Below are positions 1-12,000 of a DNA stretch of 64,000 bases, piece after piece. The DNA is from Eledone cirrhosa (lineage: Eukaryota), in assembly GCA_964016885.1 (NCBI GenBank), contig OZ024740.1, forward strand, positions 251,844,001 to 251,908,000, written 5' to 3'. The first letter of the stretch is position 1, and each line of letters opens with the position of its first letter. Made by a program: the position numbers and the translations under genes. Under the pieces are notes generated by a model that saw only the letters and a program-made list of their open reading frames with translations, ran no database searches and had not been told where the DNA came from.

Positions 1-3000
1 TTGCACGGCTGGAAATTATCTCCCCTTGATTTTTTTTACAAATTATCTCCCCCTGATTTTTTTTTACAAATTATCTCCCCCTGATTTTTTTTTACAAATT
101 ATCTCCCCCTGATTTTTTTTACAAATTATCTCCCCCTGATTTTTAAAAAAAAAATTATCTCCCCTTCGCTGGCTGGAAATTATCTCCCCTTGGACGCTGG
201 AAATTATAGCCCCTTGGAGGGCTGGAAATTATCTTCCCTTGGACGGCTGGAAATTATCTTCCCTTGGACGGCTGGAAATTATCTCCCCTTGATTTTTTTT
301 ACAAATTATCTCCCCCTGATTTTTTTTTACAAATTATCTCCCCCTGATTTTTTTTTACAAATTATCTCCCCCTGATTTTTTTTTTACAAATTATCTCCGC
401 TTGATTTTTTAAAAAAAATTATCTCCCCTTGGACGGCTGGAAATTATCTCCCCTTGGACGGCTGGAAATTATCTCCCCTTGGACGGCTAGAAATTATCTC
501 TCCTTGGACGGCTGAAAATTATCTCCCCTTGGACGGCTGCAAATTATCTCCCCTTTATTTTTTTTACAAATTATCTCCCCCTGATTTTTTTTTACAAATT
601 ATCTCCCCCTCATTTTTTTACAAATTATCTACCCCTGATTTTTTTTACAAATTATCTCCCCCTGATTTTTTTTTACAAATTATCTCCCTCTGATTTTTTT
701 TACAAATTATCTCCCCCTGATTTTTTTTTTACAAATTATCTCCCCCTGATTTTTTTAAAAATTATCTCCCCCTGATTTTTTTACAATCTCCGCCTGATTT
801 TTTTAAAAATTATCTTCCCTTGGCTGGCGGGAAATTATCTCCCCTTGGACGGCTGGAAATTATCTCCCCTTGGAAGGATGGAAATTATCTCCCCTTGGAC
901 GGCTGGATATTATCTCCCCTTGCACGGCTGGAAATTATCTCCCCTTGGCTGGAAATTATCTCCCCTTGGACGGCTAGAAATTATCTCTCTTTGGACGGCT
1001 GGAAATTATCTCCGTTTGATTTTTTTTACAAATTATCTCCCTCTGATATTTTTTACAAATCTCCCCCTGATTTTTTAAAAAAAATTATCTCCCCTTCGCT
1101 GGCTGGAAATTATCTCCCCTTGGACACTGGAAATTATAGCCCCTTGGAGGGCTGGAAATTATCTTCCCTTGGACGGCTGGAAATTATCTCCCCTTGATTT
1201 TTTTTACAAATTATCTCCGCCTGATTTTTTTTAAAAATTATCTCTCCTTGGACGGCTGGAAATTATCTCCCCTTGATTTTTTTTACAAATTATCTCCCCC
1301 TGATTTTTTTTACAAATTATCTCCCCCTGATTTTTTTTTACAAATTATCTACCACTGATTTTTTTTACAAATTATCTCCCCCTGATTTTTTTTACAAATT
1401 ATCTCCCCCTGATTTTTCTTTTACAAATTATCTCCCCCTGATTTTTTTACAAATTATCTCCCCCTGATTTTTTTTACAAATTATCTCCGCCTGATTTTTT
1501 TAAATATTATCTTCCCTTGGCTGGCGGGAAATTATCTCCCCTTGGACGGCTGGAAATTATCTGCCCTTGATTTTGTTTTTACAAATTATCTTCCACTGAT
1601 TTTTTTTACAAATTATCTCCACCTGATTTTTTTAAAAATTATCTCCCCTTGGAAGGCTGGAAATTATCTCCCCTTGGACGGCTAGAAATTATCTCTCTTT
1701 GGACGGCTGGAAATTATCTCCCCTTGATTTTTTTTACAAATTATCTCCCCCTGATTTTTTTTACAAATATCCCAGTGATTTTTTTTAAAAAATTATCTCC
1801 CCTTCGCTGGCTGGAAATTATCTCCCCTTGGACGCTGGAAATTATAGCCCCTTGGAGGGCTGGAAATTATCTTCCCTTGGACGGCTGGAAATTATCTCCC
1901 CTTGATTTTTTTTACAAATTATCTCCCCCTGATTTTTTTTTACAAATTATCTCCCCCTGATTTTTTTTTACAAATTATCTCCCCCTGATTTTTTTTACAA
2001 CTTATCTCCGCCTGATTTTTTTTAAAAAATCATCTCCCCTTGGACGGCTGGAAATTATCTCCCCTTGGACGGCTGGAAATTATCTCTCCTTGGACGGCTA
2101 GAAATTACCTCTCCTTGGACAATTGAAAATTATCTCCCCTTGGACGGCTGGAAATTATCTCCCCTTGATTTTTTTTACAAATTATCTCCCCCTGATTTTT
2201 TTTACAAATTATCTCCCCTGATTTTTTTTTACAAATTATCTCCCCCTGATGTTTTTTTACAAATTATCTCCCCCTGATTTTTTTTACAAATTATCTCCCC
2301 CTGATTTTTTTACAAATTATCTCCCCTTGGCTGGCTGGAAATTATCTCCCCTTGGAGGCAGGAATTTATCTCCCCTTGGACGGCTAGAAATTACCTCTCC
2401 TTGGACGGCTGGAAAATATGTCTCCTTGGACGGCTGGAAATTATCTCCCCTTGGACGGCTGGAAATTATCTCCCCTTGGACGGCTGGAAATTATCTCCCC
2501 TTGGACGGCTAGAAATTACCTCTCCTTGGACGGCTGAAAATTATCTCCCCTTGGACGGCTGGAAATTATCTCCCCTTGATTTTTTTACAAATTATCTCCC
2601 CCTGATTTTTTTTTACAAATTATCTCCCCCTGATTTTTTTTACAAATTATCTCCCCCTGATTTTATTTACAAATTATCTCCCCCTGATTTTTTTTACAAA
2701 TTATCTCCGCCTGATTTTTTTAAATATTATCTCTCCTTGGCTGGCGGGAAATTATCTCCCCTTGGACGGCTGCAAATTATCTCCGCTTGATTTTTTTTAC
2801 AAATTATCTCCCCCTGATTTTTTTTTACAAATTATCTCCCCCTGATTTTTTTTACAAATTATCTCCCCCTGATTTTTTTTACAAATTATCTCCCCCTGAT
2901 TTTTTTTTACAAATTATCTCCCCTTGATTTTTTTTTACAAATTATCTCCCCCTGATTTTTTTTTTACAAATTATCTCCCCCTGATTTTTTTACAAATTAT

Positions 3001-6000
3001 CTCCCCCTGATTTTTTTTACAAATTATCTCCCCCTGATTTTTTTTACAAATTATCTCCCCTTGATTTTTTTTTACAAATTATCTCCCCCTGATTTTTTTT
3101 TTACAAATTATCTCCCCCTGATTTTTTTAAAAATTATCTTCCCTTGGCTGGCGGGAAATTATCTCCCCTTGGACGGCTGGAAATTATCTCCCCTTGGAAG
3201 GATGTAAATTATCTCCCCTTGGACGGCTGGAAATTATCTCCCCTTGCACGGCTGGAAATTATCTCCCCTTGATTTTTTTTACAAATTATCTCCCCCTGAT
3301 TTTTTTTTACAAATTATCTCCCCCTGATTTTTTTTTACAAATTATCTCCCCCTGATTTTTTTTACAAATTATCTCCCCCTGATTTTTTTTACAAATTATC
3401 TCCCCTTCGCTGGCTGGAAATTATCTCCCCTTGGACGCTGGAAATTATAGCCCCTTGGAGGGCTGGAAATTATCTTCCCTTGGACGGCTGGAAATTATCT
3501 TCCCTTGGACGGCTGGAAATTATCTCCCCTTGATTTTTTTTACAAATTATCTCCCCCTGATTTTTTTTTACAAATTATCTCCCCCTGATTTTTTTTTACA
3601 AATTATCTCCCCCTGATTTTTTTTTTACAAATTATCTCCGCTTGATTTTTTAAAAAAAATTATCTCCCCTTGGACGGCTGGAAATTATCTCCCCGTGGAC
3701 GGCTGGAAATTATCTCCCCTTGGACGGCTAGAAATTATCTCTCCTTGGACGGCTGAAAATTATCTCCCCTTGGACGGCTGCAAATTATCTCCCCTTGATT
3801 TTTTTTACAAATTATCTCCCCCTGATTTTTTTTTACAAATTATCTCCCCCTGATTTTTTTTACAAATTATCTACCCCTGATTTTTTTTACAAATTATCTC
3901 TCCCTGATTTTTTTTACAAATTATCTCCCTCTGATTTTTTTTTACAAATTATCTCCCCCTGATTTTTTTTTTACAAATTATCTCCCCCTGATTTTTTTAC
4001 AAATTATCTCCCCCTGATTTTTTTTACAATCTCCGCCTGATTTTTTAAAAAATTATCTTCCCTTGGCGGGCGGGAAATTATCTCCCCTTGGACGGCTGGA
4101 AATTATCTCCCCTTGGACGGCTAGAAATTATCTCTCTTTGGACGGCTGGAAATTATCTCCCCTTGATTTTTTTTACAAATTATCTCCCCCTGATTTTTTT
4201 TACAAATTATCCCCGCATGATTTAAAAAAAAAAAATTATCTCCCCTTCGCTGGCTGGAAATTATCTCCCCTTGGACGCTGGAAATTATAGCCCCTTGGAG
4301 GGCTGGAAATTATCTTCCCTTGGACGGCTGGAAATTATCTCCCCTTGATTTTTTTTACAAATTATCTCCCCCTGATTTTTTTTTACAAATTATCTACCCC
4401 TGATTTTTTTTTACAAATTATCTCCCCCTGATTTTTTTTTTACAAATTATCTCCGCTTGATTTTTTAAAAAAAATTATCTCCCCTTGGACGGCTGGAAAT
4501 TATCTCCCCTTGGACGGCTGGAAATTATCTCCCCTTGGACGGCTAGAAATTATCTCTCCTTGGACGGCTGAAAATTATCTCCCCTTGGACGGCTGCAAAT
4601 TATCTCCCCTTGATTTTTTTTACAAATTATCTCCCCCTGATTTTTTTTTACAAATTATCTCCCCCTGATTTTTTTTTACAAATTATCTCCCCTTGATTTT
4701 TTTTTACAAATTATCTCCCCCTGATTTTTTTTTTACAAATTATCTCCCCCTGATTTTTTTACAAATTATCTCCCCCTGATTTTTTTTACAAATTATCTCC
4801 CCCTGATTTTTTTTACAAATTATCTCCCCTTGATTTTTTTTTACAAATTATCTCCCCCTGATTTTTTTTTTACAAATTATCTCCCCCTGATTTTTTTAAA
4901 AATTATCTTCCCTTGGCTGGCGGGAAATTATCTCCCCTTGGACGGCTGGAAATTATCTCCCCTTGGAAGGATGTAAATTATCTCCCCTTGGAGGCTGGAA
5001 ATTATCTCCCTTGCACGGCTGGAAATTATCTCCCCTTGATTTTTTTTACAAATTATCTCCCCCTGATTTTTTTTTACAAATTATCTCCCCCTGATTTTTT
5101 TTTACAAATTATCTCCCCCTGATTTTTTTTTTACAAATTATCTCCGCTTGATTTTTTAAAAAAAATTATCTCCCCTTGGACGGCTGGAAATTATCTCCCC
5201 TTGGACGGCTGGAAATTATCTCCCCTTGGACGGCTAGAAATTATCTCTCCTTGGACGGCTGAAAATTATCTCCCCTTGGACGGCTGCAAATTATCTCCCC
5301 TTGATTTTTTTTACAAATTATCTCCCCCTGATTTTTTTTTACAAATTATCTCCCCCTGATTTTTTTTTACAAATTATCTCCCCTTGATTTTTTTTTACAA
5401 ATTATCTCCCCCTGATTTTTTTTTTACAAATTATCTCCCCCTGATTTTTTTACAAATTATCTCCCCCTGATTTTTTTTACAAATTATCTCCCCCTGATTT
5501 TTTTTACAAATTATCTCCCCTTGATTTTTTTTTACAAATTATCTCCCCCTGATTTTTTTTTTACAAATTATCTCCCCCTGATTTTTTTAAAAATTATCTT
5601 CCCTTGGCTGGCGGGAAATTATCTCCCCTTGGACGGCTGGAAATTATCTCCCCTTGGAAGGATGTAAATTATCTCCCCTTGGACGGCTGGAAATTATCTC
5701 CCCTTGCACGGCTGGAAATTATCTCCCCTTGATTTTTTTTACAAATTATCTCCCCCTGATTTTTTTTTACAAATTATCTCCCCCTGATTTTTTTTTACAA
5801 ATTATCTCCCCCTGATTTTTTTTACAAATTATCTCCCCCTGATTTTTAAAAAAAAAATTATCTCCCCTTCGCTGGCTGGAAATTATCTCCCCTTGGACGC
5901 TGGAAATTATAGCCCCTTGGAGGGCTGGAAATTATCTTCCCTTGGACGGCTGGAAATTATCTTCCCTTGGACGGCTGGAAATTATCTCCCCTTGATTTTT

Positions 6001-9000
6001 TTTACAAATTATCTCCCCCTGATTTTTTTTTACAAATTATCTCCCCCTGATTTTTTTTTACAAATTATCTCCCCCTGATTTTTTTTTACAAATTATCTCC
6101 GCTTGATTTTTTAAAAAAAATTATCTCCCCTTGGACGGCTGGAAATTATCTCCCCTTGGACGGCTGGAAATTATCTCCCCTTGGACGGCTAGAAATTATC
6201 TCTCCTTGGACGGCTGAAAATTATCTCCCCTTGGACGGCTGCAAATTATCTCCCCTTTATTTTTTTTACAAATTATCTCCCCCTGATTTTTTTTTACAAA
6301 TTATCTCCCCCTCATTTTTTTACAAATTATCTACCCCTGATTTTTTTTACAAATTATCTCCCCCTGATTTTTTTTTACAAATTATCTCCCTCTGATTTTT
6401 TTTACAAATTATCTCCCCCTGATTTTTTTTTTACAAATTATCTCCCCCTGATTTTTTTAAAAATTATCTCCCCCTGATTTTTTTACAATCTCCGCCTGAT
6501 TTTTTTAAAAATTATCTTCCCTTGGCTGGCGGGAAATTATCTCCCCTTGGACGGCTGGAAATTATCTCCCCTTGGAAGGATGGAAATTATCTCCCCTTGG
6601 ACGGCTGGATATTATCTCCCCTTGCACGGCTGGAAATTATCTCCCCTTGGCTGGAAATTATCTCCCCTTGGACGGCTAGAAATTATCTCTCTTTGGACGG
6701 CTGGAAATTATCTCCCTTTGATTTTTTTTACAAATTATCTCCCTCTGATATTTTTTACAAATCTCCCCCTGATTTTTTAAAAAAAATTATCTCCCCTTCG
6801 CTGGCTGGAAATTATCTCCCCTTGGACACTGGAAATTATAGCCCCTTGGAGGGCTGGAAATTATCTTCCCTTGGACGGCTGGAAATTATCTCCCCTTGAT
6901 TTTTTTTACAAATTATCTCCGCCTGATTTTTTTTAAAAATTATCTCTCCTTGGACGGCTGGAAATTATCTCCCCTTGATTTTTTTTACAAATTATCTCCC
7001 CCTGATTTTTTTTACAAATTATCTCCCCCTGATTTTTCTTTTACAAATTATCTCCCCCTGATTTTTTTACAAATTATCTCCCCCTGATTTTTTTTACAAA
7101 TTATCTCCGCCTGATTTTTTTAAATATTATCTTCCCTTGGCTGGCGGGAAATTATCTCCCCTTGGACGGCTGGAAATTATCTGCCCTTGATTTTGTTTTT
7201 ACAAATTATCTTCCACTGATTTTTTTTACAAATTATCTCCACCTGATTTTTTAAAAAATTATCTCCCCTTGGAAGGCTGGAAATCATCTCCCCTTGGACG
7301 GCTAGAAATTATCTCTCTTTGGACGGCTGGAAATTATCTCCCCTTGATTTTTTTTACAAATTATCTCCCCCTGATTTTTTTTACAAATATCCCAGTGATT
7401 TTTTTTAAAAAATTATCTCCCCTTCGCTGGCTGGAAATTATCTCCCCTTGGACGCTGGAAATTATAGCCCCTTGGAGGGCTGGAAATTATCTTCCCTTGG
7501 ACGGCTGGAAATTATCTCCCCTTGATTTTTTTTACAAATTATCTCCCCCTGATTTTTTTTTACAAATTATCTCCCCCTGATTTTTTTTTACAAATTATCT
7601 CCCCCTGATTTTTTTTACAACTTATCTCCGCCTGATTTTTTTTAAAAAATCATCTCCCCTTGGACGGCTGGAAATTATCTCCCCTTGGACGGCTGGAAAT
7701 TATCTCTCCTTGGACGGCTAGAAATTACCTCTCCTTGGACAATTGAAAATTATCTCCCCTTGGACGGCTGGAAATTATCTCCCCTTGATTTTTTTTACAA
7801 ATTATCTCCCCCTGATTTTTTTTACAAATTATCTCCCCTGATTTTTTTTTACAAATTATCTCCCCCTGATTTTTTTTTACAAATTATCTCCCCCTGATTT
7901 TTTTTACAAATTATCTCCCCCTGATTTTTTTACAAATTATCTCCCCTTGGCTGGCTGGAAATTATCTCCCCTTGGAGGCAGGAATTTATCTCCCCTTGGA
8001 CGGCTAGAAATTACCTCTCCTTGGACGGCTGGAAAATATGTCTCCTTGGACGGCTGGAAATTATCTCCCCTTGGACGGCTGGAAATTATCTCCCCTTGGA
8101 CGGCTGGAAATTATCTCCCCTTGGACGGCTAGAAATTACCTCTCCTTGGACGTCTGAAAATTATCTCCCCTTGGACGGCTGGAAATTATCTCCCCTTGAT
8201 TTTTTTACAAATTATCTCCCCCTGATTTTTTTTTACAAATTATCTCCCCCTGATTTTTTTTACAAATTATCTCCCCCTGATTTTTTTTACAAATTATCTC
8301 CCCCTGATTTTTTTTACAAATTATCTCCGCCTGATTTTTTTAAATATTATCTCTCCTTGGCTGGCGGGAAATTATCTCCCCTTGGACGGCTGCAAATTAT
8401 CTCCGCTTGATTTTTTTTACAAATTATCTCCCCCTGATTTTTTTTTACAAATTATCTCCCCCTGATTTTTTTTACAAATTATCTCCCCCTGATTTTTTTT
8501 ACAAATTATCTCCCCCTGATTTTTTTTTACAAATTATCTCCCCTTGATTTTTTTTTACAAATTATCTCCCCCTGATTTTTTTTTTACAAATTATCTCCCC
8601 CTGATTTTTTTACAAATTATCTCCCCCTGATTTTTTTTACAAATTATCTCCCCCTGATTTTTTTTACAAATTATCTCCCCTTGATTTTTTTTTACAAATT
8701 ATCTCCCCCTGATTTTTTTTTTACAAATTATCTCCCCCTGATTTTTTTAAAAATTATCTTCCCTTGGCTGGCGGGAAATTATCTCCCCTTGGACGGCTGG
8801 AAATTATCTCCCCTTGGAAGGATGTAAATTATCTCCCCTTGGACGGCTGGAAATTATCTCCCCTTGCACGGCTGGAAATTATCTCCCCTTGATTTTTTTT
8901 ACAAATTATCTCCCCCTGATTTTTTTTTACAAATTATCTCCCCCTGATTTTTTTTTACAAATTATCTCCCCCTGATTTTTTTTACAAATTATCTCCCCCT

Positions 9001-12000
9001 GATTTTTAAAAAAAAAATTATCTCCCCTTCGCTGGCTGGAAATTAACTCCCCTTGGACGCTGGAAATTATAGCCCCTTGGAGGGCTGGAAATTATCTTCC
9101 CTTGGACGGCTGGAAATTATCTTCCCTTGGACGGCTGGAAATTATCTCCCCTTGATTTTTTTTACAAATTATCTCCCCCTGATTTTTTTTTACAAATTAT
9201 CTCCCCCTGATTTTTTTTTACAAATTATCTCCCCCTGATTTTTTTTTTACAAATTATCTCCGCTTGATTTTTTAAAAAAAATTATCTCCCCTTGGACGGC
9301 TGGAAATTATCTCCCCGTGGACGGCTGGAAATTATCTCCCCTTGGACGGCTAGAAATTATCTCTCCTTGGACGGCTGAAAATTATCTCCCCTTGGACGGC
9401 TGCAAATTATCTCCCCTTGATTTTTTTTACAAATTATCTCCCCCTGATTTTTTTTTACAAATTATCTCCCCCTGATTTTTTTTACAAATTATCTACCCCT
9501 GATTTTTTTTACAAATTATCTCTCCCTGATTTTTTTTACAAATTATCTCCCTCTGATTTTTTTTTACAAATTATCTCCCCCTGATTTTTTTTTTACAAAT
9601 TATCTCCCCCTGATTTTTTTACAAATTATCTCCCCCTGATTTTTTTTACAATCTCCGCCTGATTTTTTAAAAAATTATCTTCCCTTGGCTGGCGGGAAAT
9701 TATCTCCCCTTGGACGGCTGGAAATTATCTCCCCTTGGACGGCTAGAAATTATCTCTCTTTGGACGGCTGGAAATTATCTCCCCTTGATTTTTTTTACAA
9801 ATTATCTCCCCCTGATTTTTTTTACAAATTATCCCCGCATGATTTAAAAAAAAAAAATTATCTCCCCTTCGCTGGCTGGAAATTATCTCCCCTTGGACGC
9901 TGGAAATTATAGCCCCTTGGAGGGCTGGAAATTATCTTCCCTTGGACGGCTGGAAATTATCTCCCCTTGATTTTTTTTTACAAATTATCTCCCCCTGATT
10001 TTTTTTTACAAATTATCTCCCCCTGATTTTTTTTTACAAATTATCTCCCCCTGATTTTTTTTTTACAAATTATCTCCGCTTGATTTTTTAAAAAAAATTA
10101 TCTCCACTTGGACGGCTGGAAATTATCTCCCCTTGGACGGCTGGAAATTATCTCCCCTTGGACGGCTAGAAATTATCTCTCCTTGGACGGCTGAAAATTA
10201 TCTCCCCTTGGACGGCTGCAAATTATCTCCCCTTGATTTTTTTTACAAATTATCTCCCCCTGATTTTTTTTTACAAATTATCTCCCCCTGATTTTTTTTT
10301 ACAAATTATCTCCCCTTGATTTTTTTTTACAAATTATCTCCCCCTGATTTTTTTTTTACAAATTATCTCCCCCTGATTTTTTTACAAATTATCTCCCCCT
10401 GATTTTTTTTACAAATTATCTCCCCCTGATTTTTTTTACAAATTATCTCCCCTTGATTTTTTTTTACAAATTATCTCCCCCTGATTTTTTTTTTACAAAT
10501 TATCTCCCCCTGATTTTTTTAAAAATTATCTTCCCTTGGCTGGCGGGAAATTATCTCCCCTTGGACGGCTGGAAATTATCTCCCCTTGGAAGGATGTAAA
10601 TTATCTCCCCTTGGAGGCTGGAAATTATCTCCCTTGCACGGCTGGAAATTATCTCCCCTTGATTTTTTTTACAAATTATCTCCCCCTGATTTTTTTTTAC
10701 AAATTATCTCCCCCTGATTTTTTTTTACAAATTATCTCCCCCTGATTTTTTTTTTACAAATTATCTCCGCTTGATTTTTTAAAAAAAATTATCTCCCCTT
10801 GGACGGCTGGAAATTATCTCCCCTTGGACGGCTGGAAATTATCTCCCCTTGGACGGCTAGAAATTATCTCTCCTTGGACGGCTGAAAATTATCTCCCCTT
10901 GGACGGCTGCAAATTATCTCCCCTTGATTTTTTTTACAAATTATCTCCCCCTGATTTTTTTTTACAAATTATCTCCCCCTGATTTTTTTTTACAAATTAT
11001 CTCCCCTTGATTTTTTTTTACAAATTATCTCCCCCTGATTTTTTTTTTACAAATTATCTCCCCCTGATTTTTTTACAAATTATCTCCGCCTGATTTTTTT
11101 TACAAATTATCTCCCCCTGATTTTTTTTACAAATTATCTCCCCTTGATTTTTTTTTACAAATTATCTCCCCCTGATTTTTTTTTTACAAATTATCTCCCC
11201 CTGATTTTTTTAAAAATTATCTTCCCTTGGCTGGCGGGAAATTATCTCCCCTTGGACGGCTGGAAATTATCTCCCCTTGGAAGGATGTAAATTATCTCCC
11301 CTTGGACGGCTGGAAATTATCTCCCCTTGCACGGCTGGAAATTATCTCCCCTTGATTTTTTTTACAAATTATCTCCCCCTGATTTTTTTTTACAAATTAT
11401 CTCCCCCTGATTTTTTTTTACAAATTATCTCCCCCTGATTTTTTTTACAAATTATCTCCCCCTGATTTTTAAAAAAAAAATTATCTCCCCTTCGCTGGCT
11501 GGAAATTATCTCCCCTTGGACGCTGGAAATTATAGCCCCTTGGAGGGCTGGAAATTATCTTCCCTTGGACGGCTGGAAATTATCTTCCCTTGGACGGCTG
11601 GAAATTATCTCCCCTTGATTTTTTTTACAAATTATCTCCCCCTGATTTTTTTTTACAAATTATCTCCCCCTGATTTTTTTTTACAAATTATCTCCCCCTG
11701 ATTTTTTTTTTACAAATTATCTCCGCTTGATTTTTTAAAAAAAATTATCTCCCCTTGGACGGCTGGAAATTATCTCCCCTTGGACGGCTGGAAATTATCT
11801 CCCCTTGGACGGCTAGAAATTATCTCTCCTTGGACGGCTGAAAATTATCTCCCCTTGGACGGCTGCAAATTATCTCCCCTTTATTTTTTTTACAAATTAT
11901 CTCCCCCTGATTTTTTTTTACAAATTATCTCCCCCTCATTTTTTTACAAATTATCTACCCCTGATTTTTTTTACAAATTATCTCCCCCTGATTTTTTTTT

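Noticed and set aside
828-843. GGGAAATTATCTCCC as an NF-kB/Rel site, or poly-T tracts as terminators
   Set aside because: Spacing does not fit the 10-bp GGGRNNYYCC consensus; the T-runs lack a preceding GC hairpin and any associated gene.
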